A DNA stretch of 14,165 bases, taken from assembly GCA_046726415.1 (NCBI GenBank), contig JBKPAK010000004.1, positions 1 through 14,165 on the forward strand, in the 5' to 3' direction. The notes under the pieces were generated by a model that was given only the letters and a program-made list of their open reading frames with translations, made no database searches and was not told the DNA's origin. This document shows positions 1-8,242 of this stretch, in pieces (within the stretch, counting starts at the first letter, position 1; every line of letters starts with the position of its first letter). The position numbers and the translations under genes are program-made. The stretch is from Candidatus Methylomirabilota bacterium (GTDB lineage Bacteria > Methylomirabilota > Methylomirabilia > Rokubacteriales > CSP1-6).

Positions 1-1233
1 GCGCTGGCGCCAAGAGTATGGCTCCCGCCGTGGAGCGGGATCAGGGAGGTCGTCGCGCCCGGGGCCACGATGACCTGCCCGCCGCTGGACGCCTGGATAA
101 ACCCGCCGGTGAGACTCAGCGGACTTCCCGTGCCGGCGTTCAGCAGCGCTCCTCCCAGGGTCGCCGTGGCCGGGGTCCCCCCGTCGGCCCCGAAGCCCCC
201 TACCTGAAGCACACTGTTGAGCCCGGTCAGTTGCGCGTTGTCGAGCTCGATCAACGCGGCGCTCGCACTGCCCCCGGTGAACTGCCCGCCGTTGGAGACG
301 CCGATCGCGCTGGCGCCAAGAGTATGGCTCCCGCCGTGCAGCGTGATCAGGGAGGTCGTCGCGCCCGGGGCCACGTTGACCTGCCCACCGTTCGCCGCTT
401 GGATGAGCCCCCCGGTGAGATTCAGGGTGCTTCCACTGGCGGCGTTGAGCAGGGCTCCTCCCAGGGTCGCCGTGGCAGGGGTCCCCCCGGTGGCCCCCCC
501 GACTCCATCCGCCCGGAGCACACTCCCGGCTCCGGTCAGTTGCGCGCTGTTGTCGAGACCGATCAACGCGGCGCTCGCACTGCCCCCGGTGAACTGACCG
601 CCGTTGGAGACGCCGATAGCGCTGGCGCCGAGAGTATGGCTCCCACCGTGCAGCGTGATCAGCGACGTCGTCGCGCCCGGGGCCACGATGACCTGCCCGC
701 CGCTGGACGCCTGGATAAACCCACCGGTGAGACTCAGGGGGCTTCCCGTGCCGGCGTTCAGCAGCGCTCCTCCCAGGGTCGCCGTGGCCGGGGTCCCCCC
801 GGTGGCCCCCCCGACTCCATTCGCCTCGAGCACACTGCTGGCCCCGGTCAGTTGCGCGTTGTCGAGCTCGATCAACGCGGCGCTCGCACTGCCTCCGGTG
901 AACTGACCACCGTTGGAGATGCCGATGGCGCTGGCGCCGAGGCTATGGCTCCCGCCGTGAATCGTGATCAGGGAGGTCGTCGCGCCCGGGGCCACATTGA
1001 CTTGCCCGCCGCTGGACACCTGGATGAACCCCCCGGTGAGACTCAGGGTGCTTCCACTGCCGGCGTTGAGCAGCGCTCCTCCCAGGTTCGCCGTGGCCGG
1101 GGTCACCCCGTCGGCCCCGAAGCCCCCTACCTGAAGCACACTGTTGAGCCCGGTCAGTTGCGCGTTGTCGAGCTCGATCAACGCGGCGCTCGCACTGCCT
1201 CCGGTGAACTGACCACCATCGGAGATGCCGAGG
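1..1233 (-). repeat. Four intragenic tandem repeat units (306, 312, 309, 306 bp), probably continuing beyond the window edge
   Basis: Anchor gcgctggcgcc recurs at 1, 307, 619 and 928, with a diverged equivalent at 1234. All periods are multiples of 3. Protein unit approximates GGQFTGGSASAALIELDNAQLTG...ATLGGALLNAGxGSxLSLTGGFIQxSSGGQVxVAPGATTSLITLHGGSHTLGASAIGVSN. Confidence 0.95.
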
Positions 1234-2843
1234 GCGTCCCCGGTCATCGTGAGCTGGGTTCCGTTGACGGCGCGGAATAGCGGCCCGTCCAGAGCGAGCC
1301 GGCTCGGGTTACCGGTCGACGGTGAGCCCTGCACGCTGATGAGCGCCCCGGCCGAGTCCACGGGGGAGGCGTCGAACACGAGGAGCGGTGCTCCACTCGC
1401 TCCGGTTTGCTCGAGCGACGAGCCGTCGAAGATCCCTAGGAACGGCGAGGTGTTGCTCGTGGGATCCCCTGAGCTGAACGAGGTGCTTTGCGCCGTGAGG
1501 AGCGATCCCTGCACACCGAGGCTGGAGCCGCCGTCGAGGCGGATCACGCCGGTGCCTGCGTTCACGATGCTCGAGTCAAAGGATAGCAGCGCCGGGATCG
1601 GCGCGGCGTCCAGGTGTGCGGAGCCCACGTGGACGACGTTCCCCCCGGTCGTGAGCGTGCTGTTGGTCACCAGAAGGAGAGGTGCCGCAAAGGTGGCCGC
1701 CGAGCCAGGGGCAGCCTCCACGAAGGTGCCATCCCCCGAGACGGTGGACTGATCGATCCGCACCACCGGAATCGTCGCGGGCCAGGTGCTGGTCCCTGTG
1801 AACGTAATGATCGATTGTCCCGATGGCAATCCCCGCGTCTGGTTCTCGATCACCACGCACCCGGCGCACAGGGGCGGCGGCGGGGGGGGCGATGGGGGGG
1901 GCGACGGGGGAAGCGGCTGGTTCTCCAGCGCCTGGTTCGCCACGAACGTGTTCACCTGGAGCTGGGACGTGCTCGTGATTTCGCTCGCCAGATTCCCTGT
2001 CGCCCCGTCGCCCTGAGCGGCGTTGATCGTCGCTTCCTGAAACAGCGGATCTGGCGTTGGCGGGCCCTGGAGCGCGACGACCAGTTCGATCGCCTGCGCG
2101 ATGCTCGCTGCCGCGATCTCGGGCGCCATCGGCGAAGTCGCCTCCTGCTCCCTCGGCCGCGGTGCCTCGGCGGTCCTCGCCGCCGCTGCCGCCTGCGTCG
2201 CCGTCATGTTCGTCACGGGCCCGACCTGCGTCTGCGCCCCCATTCCCGTCACGTGGACGCTCTGGTTCGAGTTGAGATCGATCGACACGCTGGGCATCGC
2301 CAGCGGGGAGATTGTGATCGCCTTCGAGGCCTGTGGCGCCTCGAATGTCGTGCGCACGTCACTACCCACCTGCACCACGGTCACCACCAGGAGACTCCCG
2401 CGGATGCCCGCCACCGCGTTGGGCGTCCGCACCTCGATGGTCTCCCCCGGCCGCAGGAGGCTCGGCGCCACGCCCACCGCTGCCTTCCCGGTCCGCAGAT
2501 CGATGACCACCTGATTCGGCCCTTCGGACGCGGTGAAACTCGATAACTCGCGAACGGTCACCAGGGCCCTGCCCCCCAGCAGTACGCGGACGAGCGAATC
2601 TGCCCGAGTCTCCACGCGGTCCCGCACGAACACGTCGTCCTTGAACTTCAGGGACAGCGGTTGCGGGGTCATCGGGCGCGCCACGATGGCCTGCCCCCTC
2701 AGCGCGGTGACCACTCCGACCTTCTCCTCTTGAGCGGCGGCCCGCCCAGGTCCGAGGACCACCGAGGCCCACATCGCCGCGAAGACAAGAACGGCAATGC
2801 GGCGCGAGGCCCGATGCGCGGAAGGACGGCGGGAGATAAACAT
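1..2843 (-). CDS. Large secreted FecR-domain protein with Pro-rich linker and tandem ~103-aa beta-strand-rich repeats; 3' end lies outside the window
   Basis: Manual translation from ATG 2843 with RBS GAGGAGG just upstream: MFISRRPSAHRASRRIAVLVFAAMWASVVLGPGRAAA|QEEKVGVVTALRGQAIVAR...LKFKDDVFVRDRVETRADSLVRVLLGGRALVTVRELS...IEVRTPNAVAGIRGS (signal peptide, then FecR-like TPxAxAGIRG motif). PLPPSPPPSPPPPPP linker at ~1870-1915, then G/A/S/T/L-rich repeats. Frame is the same at 2843, 2640 and 3-41, and I saw no stop (~947 codons visible). Many + strand ORFs here are its antisense shadows. Confidence 0.88.
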   Translation of the reverse strand, partial: MFISRRPSAHRASRRIAVLVFAAMWASVVLGPGRAAAQEEKVGVVTALRGQAIVARPMTPQPLSLKFKDDVFVRDRVETRADSLVRVLLGGRALVTVRELSSFTASEGPNQVVIDLRTGKAAVGVAPSLLRPGETIEVRTPNAVAGIRGSLLVVTVVQVGSDVRTTFEAPQASKAITISPLAMPSVSIDLNSNQSVHVTGMGAQTQVGPVTNMTATQAAAAARTAEAPRPREQEATSPMAPEIAAASIAQAIELVVALQGPPTPDPLFQEATINAAQGDGATGNLASEITSTSQLQVNTFVANQALENQPLPPSPPPSPPPPPPLCAGCVVIENQTRGLPSGQSIITFTGTSTWPATIPVVRIDQSTVSGDGTFVEAAPGSAATFAAPLLLVTNSTLTTGGNVVHVGSAHLDAAPIPALLSFDSSIVNAGTGVIRLDGGSSLGVQGSLLTAQSTSFSSGDPTSNTSPFLGIFDGSSLEQTGASGAPLLVFDASPVDSAGALISVQGSPSTGNPSRLALDGPLFRAVNGTQLTMTGDALGISDGGQFTGGSASAALIELDNAQLTGLNSVLQVGGFGADGVTPATANLGGALLNAGSGSTLSLTGGFIQVSSGGQVNVAPGATTSLITIHGGSHSLGASAIGISNGGQFTGGSASAALIELDNAQLTGASSVLEANGVGGATGGTPATATLGGALLNAGTGSPLSLTGGFIQASSGGQVIVAPGATTSLITLHGGSHTLGASAIGVSNGGQFTGGSASAALIGLDNSAQLTGAGSVLRADGVGGATGGTPATATLGGALLNAASGSTLNLTGGLIQAANGGQVNVAPGATTSLITLHGGSHTLGASAIGVSNGGQFTGGSASAALIELDNAQLTGLNSVLQVGGFGADGGTPATATLGGALLNAGTGSPLSLTGGFIQASSGGQVIVAPGATTSLIPLHGGSHTLGAS

Positions 2844-3272
2844 GTGGCCTCCTCAATCGGATTGTCGCGGGACGCAGGGAATTCGCGCACCGATCACCTG
2901 CCGCCCCACGCGGCCGTGGCCGGTCTGGAGGCGATGCGGGCCGCGGCGCGGCTCGGGGTGGGGGTGAGCGATCTTCTGCCCACGCGGCTGGTCGGACTGC
3001 TCGTCCTCGTGGGCACGCGGCGCCTTGCCCGCCGGGCCGGAGTCCGGCAGCGCCCCCGTGGCGGCGTCACGACCCAACCGCAAGTCCTCGGGCCAAACCG
3101 GCGTAACCACTGGCTTTCGGAATGGGCTGCGCTTCGCTCGACGACGGCACGGAGGCATCGTACGCGAAGAACAGGTTGTCATTGCCCAGATTCGCGTGCC
3201 CCACAGGGAAGCACTCCCGTGCTCTGCTGTCCGTGCCAAGGGTCCCAAATGCCCGTTTACGCCGATCAATTA

Positions 3273-3347
3273 ATGAGGTTGCCCTGGGGCCTCATCGCCG
3301 TCGCCGCCGTCCTGGCGGTAAGGCTGGCCACGTGGCTTGGTGTGGCC
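3273..3347 (-). terminator. Cluster of short hairpins downstream of the STAND-lectin gene (possible terminator or DGR cis-element)
   Basis: ATGAGG..CCTCAT (3273-3295), CCGCC..GGCGG (3304-3318), GGCCAC..GTGGCC (3326-3347). No clear poly-U tail, and stems are short for GC-rich DNA. Confidence 0.25.
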
Positions 3348-3363
3348 GTGCGCTGCCCGATCG

Positions 3364-5742
3364 TCACGGCATGCGTGAATCGTCCCGGGCACAGCGGAAA
3401 CCGAGGTTGAGGCCGCGGTCGGCTGACGAGAGGTTGTTGCGGAACGACACCCGCAAGACCTGCGCGTCGTCGTTCCAGGACCCGCCGCGAACCGCCCGGG
3501 GCCTACGAGACGACCGATCCTCGCTCCCCCCGTCGCTTTGAAAGGGGTTGTCGCGATAGAGACTCGAGGTCCACTCCCAGACGTTGCCGATCACGTCGTA
3601 CAGGCCGTAGCCGTTCGGCGGAAAGGATCCAACAGGTGCGGTTGCCTCCCACGTATCCTTGCCCGCCACTCCCTCGCCGTTGGCCTGATCGGCGGAATAC
3701 TTGTTCCCCCAGGGATAGATCCCTTCGGCGTTCCCACCGCGCGCGGCGTACTCCCACTCCGCCTCCGTGGGGAGCCGGCCGCGGACGAATTCACAAAAGC
3801 CCCTGGCGTCGTCCCAGGAGACGTACACGACAGGATGGCTGTCCTGGCTCCACTCGGGCTGCTGCTCCATGACGACGCCCCTCGGCTGGAGTAGGCGTCC
3901 GATGATCGTCGACTGAGCGTCGACGAACCGCCGGAACCGATCGACCGTCACCTCGCGGGACATGACCTCGAAGCCCCGGGACAGTTGGGTTGGGCGACGA
4001 ATCTTGTCAGGGGGCCGCTCATTGGAAAAGCAGTCTTTGTCCCCAGGCACGCAGCCCATCATGAACTGACCGCCGGGCGGCGCCGAGATCCGTATCCAGC
4101 CCAGATCGCTCATCAGGGCGTGCCGAATAAACTCCCGCCTCGCCACGCTGATGCCCAGCGTGCCCAGGACGCCAAGAACGGCGACCGCGACGACCAGCGC
4201 GAGCGTTTTCCTGACGCTGCGTCGGCGTATGTCGCGCTCGCGGCGTTCCTGCTCGGCGCGCAGGCGTTCTTCCTCGGCGCGCCGATCGCGCTCGCGGACC
4301 GCCGTGCTCTCCTCCAAGAAGCGCATGGCTCGCCCGAAGTCGGGATGGTATTGGTCGGCCCACGTGTCGTTCGGCTGATTCCGCTCCCGCCAATCGAGCG
4401 CTACCTGAAGGTCAGGGTCGCGCCATAGGCTCGCCTTGCCCGCCGCGTGCAACTCGGCCGTCTCCGCCAGGCGGCGGTACATCTGGGCCGAGTGGGCTTC
4501 GGCGTCTCCCCAACCTCTCAGCCGCCCCCACACCCGCATCAGACTCTCATGGGAGATGTCGATGACCGTCTCGGCCTTCAACGGTTCCCCGGCCGGCGGC
4601 ATCAAGAACGAACGGCTCGGCTCGCGGAACACGTTGACGACCGCGGTGACCTGCGCGGCCGTAGCCTCGGCAATAGCGCACAAGGCACCAAGCGTGGTCG
4701 GGCGTCGGATTCCGCGGGCGTCCGTCCCCGTGTCGGTCAGCGCCTTGAAGATCTTCTCGCAAATCTTCTGATCGCGCTCGCCGGCCAGCTGGGAATACGC
4801 CTCCTCCGCATGCTCGTCCAGAGCGTTGACCATGGTTCCGATCGCTTCATAGTGCCGCAGCTCCAGCGGGCCTTTGCCGCCGGTCTCCTGCTGCCAGCGG
4901 GCCCAGGTGCGGTTGAGCGCGTGCTGCAGGATCGAAAGCTGGTCCGGATTGTCCCCGACGTCGTTCACCAGCCGCGTCAGTAACACCGGGGCAATCTCGG
5001 CTCCGCCCACGCTGGCCGGCCCCACGATGGCGGCCCGGCGCTCGTCCCGGCTCATCCGGGGAACCAGATACTGACCCTTGTTGATGGCCTCGGGCAACCC
5101 AAAGAATTGCGCGCACTCGCCCAGGAAGTCCGAGCGCATGGTGAGCACGACGTAGACCGGGCAGGAGGCGTCCGCCCGCACTTCCAGCAGCCGGTTCACG
5201 AACCCCGTGGCGTCCTCGCCGATACCTGATGCGGCTTCCAGATGCGAGGCGCCCAGTCTTCGATAGCGAAACAGCTCCTCGAATTGATCCACCAGCAGCA
5301 GCAGATGGACGCCTTCGTCCAGCCGGGCTTGGCGATAGACGTCGATCAGTCCCAGGGTGCTCATGCGCAAGGTGGTCTCGATGATGTCTGCCAGGCTGAA
5401 ATCCCCCGCGTCGAAGCCCTTGTACAACACGCCGTCGCGGGCCAGAGCCGCGGCCATTGCCCGCAAGGGATTGCTGCCAGGCCGGAACTGGGCCATGCGC
5501 CAGGCCGTCCCGGCGCTGGCCATGAGGCCCCGATGCAAGGCCGGGCGCAGCCCGCAGTTGACCAGCGAGGACTTGCCGGAGCCCGAGGTGCCTACCACGG
5601 CCAGGAAGTGAGCCTCGGCCAGGGTGTTCACCATGACATCGACCTGCCTCTCGCGACCGAAAAACAGGTATTCCTCTTCTTCGCGGAACGGTCTCAGACC
5701 CGGGTAGGGATTTATCGGAGCGTCGACGGTCGGTGGGCTCAT
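3364..5742 (-). CDS. nSTAND1-type P-loop NTPase + coiled coil + TM helix + C-terminal FGE-sulfatase/C-type-lectin-fold domain (792 aa)
   Basis: NPYPGLRPF...FFGRE N-terminus, Walker A GTSGSGKSS, Walker B LLLVDQFEELF, VVLTMRSDFLG and DISHESL motifs typical of nSTAND1; R/E-rich coil; TM LALVVAVAVLGVLGTLGISVA (~4143-4208); FGE-family motifs HPVVYVSWDDA, RLPTEAEWEYAARGG, NGYGLYDVIGNVWEW, RGGSW, GFRC. Confidence 0.93.
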   Translation of the reverse strand: MSPPTVDAPINPYPGLRPFREEEEYLFFGRERQVDVMVNTLAEAHFLAVVGTSGSGKSSLVNCGLRPALHRGLMASAGTAWRMAQFRPGSNPLRAMAAALARDGVLYKGFDAGDFSLADIIETTLRMSTLGLIDVYRQARLDEGVHLLLLVDQFEELFRYRRLGASHLEAASGIGEDATGFVNRLLEVRADASCPVYVVLTMRSDFLGECAQFFGLPEAINKGQYLVPRMSRDERRAAIVGPASVGGAEIAPVLLTRLVNDVGDNPDQLSILQHALNRTWARWQQETGGKGPLELRHYEAIGTMVNALDEHAEEAYSQLAGERDQKICEKIFKALTDTGTDARGIRRPTTLGALCAIAEATAAQVTAVVNVFREPSRSFLMPPAGEPLKAETVIDISHESLMRVWGRLRGWGDAEAHSAQMYRRLAETAELHAAGKASLWRDPDLQVALDWRERNQPNDTWADQYHPDFGRAMRFLEESTAVRERDRRAEEERLRAEQERRERDIRRRSVRKTLALVVAVAVLGVLGTLGISVARREFIRHALMSDLGWIRISAPPGGQFMMGCVPGDKDCFSNERPPDKIRRPTQLSRGFEVMSREVTVDRFRRFVDAQSTIIGRLLQPRGVVMEQQPEWSQDSHPVVYVSWDDARGFCEFVRGRLPTEAEWEYAARGGNAEGIYPWGNKYSADQANGEGVAGKDTWEATAPVGSFPPNGYGLYDVIGNVWEWTSSLYRDNPFQSDGGSEDRSSRRPRAVRGGSWNDDAQVLRVSFRNNLSSADRGLNLGFRCARDDSRMP

Positions 5743-7253
5743 CGGGGGGCTGGGGTCGTGGGCGCGACGACCCGCACGAAGGCATCCATCGCCACGTCCG
5801 AGAAACCCTCCAGCCCGTTGATCAGGGTGGGCTCCTCAAGGGCCAGCAAGAGGTCCTTATCGTCCGTGGCCGAGCCCGCGAGGTAGGTGTACTCGGCGAG
5901 GAGCGGCTTGTCACGCTGACCGCGTATCTTCTTGAGCTCGTTTTGCTGGTGGAATTTCCAGGCCTCGTCTCCCCCCCCGTAGAACAGGATGACGGCATCA
6001 CAGCCCATGTACAGCGCCTGGTTGGCCTCTCTGACCTTCGTGGCATCTCCGGTGAAGACGGGGAGCGCGACCTCGAGCCCCCTGGCTTTCAGAAACTTCA
6101 ACACGGGCACGACGTCTTTCCGGTCCCGCTCGACGCAGAGGATGTACACCAGCTTGCGGCTGGCTTCGGCAAGGGGTTGGTCGGTGGTTTTCGGCTGCTC
6201 GGGCTGTTCCAGCTTCTTCAGCGCGGCGTGGATCGCGCCTTTCAGCTGCTCGAGGTCGCCGGTGATCAGGTCGGCGCCCGACTGCATCTCGGCATTCTGA
6301 TGAAGGGCGTCGATGAAGGCCTGCTGGGCCGCCTGCCCGGAGCTGGTCCCCTCGGGGAGCCAGATCACGCGTGGCAACCCGCCGCTCTTGCTGTGCCGAG
6401 CCGCGAGTTCGTTCTGCAGGACGACCACCGATTTCTGGCTGGCCCCATCGGGCACGACCCCGTAGCTGGTGCCGATCAGATGAACCGAGAACCGACATTT
6501 CGCCAGGAGGCGCTCGACCTCGGCGACGTACTCCTCTTCATCGCTGGAGAGCTGTTGATTCGGCAGGACCGTATACCCGTAGCGTTCCAGCTCCCCGCGC
6601 AGGGCCTCCCGGGCGTCTCGGCGGTCGCGACTACACTCGGCGAGATAGACCGTGGGTTTGGGTGCAGACCCGTCGGTGAGCGTGCTGTCGCTGTGCGGAA
6701 CACTGGCGCCGAGCCGGGCCAGCAGTTGGGCGATGTCCCGGGCCAGCTTGTAGACCTTCCTGAGGAACTCCTCTTTCGACTTGTCTCCGTAGGCGGGGTC
6801 GAACTCTCTCGGGGTCTGGTCCTCATCGTAGCCATAGAACTCGTACCCCAGCAGCTTGATCACGACAGGGGGCAGCGGCTCCTCCCGGTCGACCGGGGTT
6901 TTGATGACCTTGAAGACCCGGGACTTATTGTCGACAACGAGACCCCCGGTCCGCAGGGCCCGCTGACAGAACTCGTTGATCTCTTTGGTGCACCATTCCG
7001 AGTGGAGGTAGCGGGGCGTGAGGACGGAGATCAGCGCCGCAGTTTTGGGGAGCTGATCGACGATCTCGTCGGAGAAGATGTCGTTGCCTCTGAGTTTCTC
7101 GTCTCTCCAGATGCCCGCTTTGGTTCCTATCTGCTGGCTGAGCATCGTTTGCAGCGTACGGTGGAACAGGGTGACCCAACCCTTTTGGTCAGGAGTCAAG
7201 GGTTCGTTGTCGATGTGGGCGTAGCTGATGAAGACGTCCCACTGAAAGCTCAT
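5739..7253 (-). CDS. TIR-domain protein with two additional TIR-like/DUF4062-like Rossmann domains (504 aa)
   Basis: Preferred start ATG 7253 (MSFQWDVFISYAHIDN) with GAGGAAG upstream; the 123-aa extension to 7622 in the track looks like non-coding sequence. TIR motifs DVFISYAH, IWRD, TPRYLHSEWCTKE. Domain 2 TVYLAE...ELERYGYTVLP...SVHLIGTSYG; domain 3 LVYILC...FLKARGLEVALP...CDAVILFYG...W...EL. Stop overlaps the next start (ATGA, 5739-5742). Confidence 0.9.
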   Translation of the reverse strand: MSFQWDVFISYAHIDNEPLTPDQKGWVTLFHRTLQTMLSQQIGTKAGIWRDEKLRGNDIFSDEIVDQLPKTAALISVLTPRYLHSEWCTKEINEFCQRALRTGGLVVDNKSRVFKVIKTPVDREEPLPPVVIKLLGYEFYGYDEDQTPREFDPAYGDKSKEEFLRKVYKLARDIAQLLARLGASVPHSDSTLTDGSAPKPTVYLAECSRDRRDAREALRGELERYGYTVLPNQQLSSDEEEYVAEVERLLAKCRFSVHLIGTSYGVVPDGASQKSVVVLQNELAARHSKSGGLPRVIWLPEGTSSGQAAQQAFIDALHQNAEMQSGADLITGDLEQLKGAIHAALKKLEQPEQPKTTDQPLAEASRKLVYILCVERDRKDVVPVLKFLKARGLEVALPVFTGDATKVREANQALYMGCDAVILFYGGGDEAWKFHQQNELKKIRGQRDKPLLAEYTYLAGSATDDKDLLLALEEPTLINGLEGFSDVAMDAFVRVVAPTTPAPR

Positions 7254-7674
7254 GGCCGCTGTCTTCCTCGAAAGCTGCTGCTGGGCGAGCATGGGAACGA
7301 TTGAGGCCACCTCCGCGGCCTCGGGGCGGGCCGCGGGCGTCCGGCTGGCTTCGAGGCGCCCCTCGCCTATGCTCGGGGCCCCGCCGCACCAAGTCTCCCG
7401 TACCACGACTCCTGAATCCGCCCCGGTGCTTCTCTTCCATGGGCCTTCCGACCCCCCCGAGGGGCTGGCCGCCCCCGGGAAGCGTCTGGGCAGACATCTT
7501 ACGGCAAGTTCGAGGCCGCGGTGGACGATCGAGACCCGGCCCCGCCCTCCTCCCCGCGGCGGCGCCCGGTTGATGACGGCGACGCCCCGAGGTGCTCGAC
7601 CGCCGCGTCGAAGTACCCACAATCCTGGTTGAGGCGGCCCCTGACGGGAGTGTCATCCGGCGGCAGGGAGGGGC

Positions 7675-7915
7675 GACGTTGAGGAGACGGCGAGCACGGC
7701 GGTATCGGCACGCGGTATCGGCACATGGTGGCGCGGGGCTGCTCGGCCAGGTTGGCTTTCATGAACTCGAATCTCTGGACGGGATCGACGTGGTCTCCTT
7801 GGCGAACCAGGCCGCGGCGTTGCGGAGGATCTCGCGCTCTTCGCGCAGGACGCGCTCCCGGCGCAGGCGCCGTAGCTCCTCCCGTTCCTCCGAGGTCACG
7901 CCGTCGCCGGCTGGC
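7675..7915 (-). mobile_element. IS3-family transposase remnant (OrfA C-terminus and OrfB N-terminus)
   Basis: OrfA tail [34 protein letters not shown]; overlapping shifted frame [18 protein letters not shown]...VLAVSS resembles the IS3 OrfB start. No DDE domain or terminal inverted repeats seen. Confidence 0.8.
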
Positions 7916-8242
7916 CCTCTTCTCGGTCGGCTTGGGCGACCCCGTTGCGGATGGCGGCGGCCGACGGTTCGAACTTTCGGGCCCTTTGCCAGAACTGCGT
8001 CAGGCCGGCGAGTTGTTGATCTGTTGGCTATAGGGATAGGAATTTCTAGGGCGCTCGCGCGCGTGCCTGACGCCAACCTTCACCTCGTTCTCGCTCCCCC
8101 CGGGTCGCGCCGCCTGAGCCGCGATGCTCCGCTGGCGTGGGGAGGGCCGGGTGTGCGGAGGGCGTCTCCGCGGTCCCGATTTCTTGGAGGGAAAGCGGGC
8201 GTGGAAGGGCCGCCCCGAGGGGGACGGATCCGATAAGATCGC

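Noticed and set aside
1-1233. Repeats as a CRISPR array or non-coding repeat
   Set aside because: Units are ~306-312 bp, in-frame and coding, with no repeat-spacer structure.
18-2733. Plus-strand ORFs such as 18..1280 (420 aa), 1614..2546 and the series 217..2733
   Set aside because: Antisense shadows of the minus-strand FecR/repeat gene; Arg/Pro-rich with no motifs.
2853-3269. 138-aa minus ORF and overlapping 2661..3410 plus ORF
   Set aside because: No recognisable domain or convincing RBS; treated as intergenic. TGGCAC-like sites here lack the sigma54 GG-N10-GC spacing.
3364-4100. Active formylglycine-generating enzyme
   Set aside because: Catalytic cysteine pair after RGGS is absent; better explained as a ligand-binding lectin-fold domain.
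5733-7304. 523-aa plus-strand ORF (also 11053..11985 and 11174..11950)
   Set aside because: Antisense to well-supported minus-strand genes; typical GC-rich shadow ORFs.
7254-7622. N-terminal 123-aa extension of the TIR gene
   Set aside because: Low-complexity R/G/P sequence; a better start with RBS sits right before the TIR motif at 7253.
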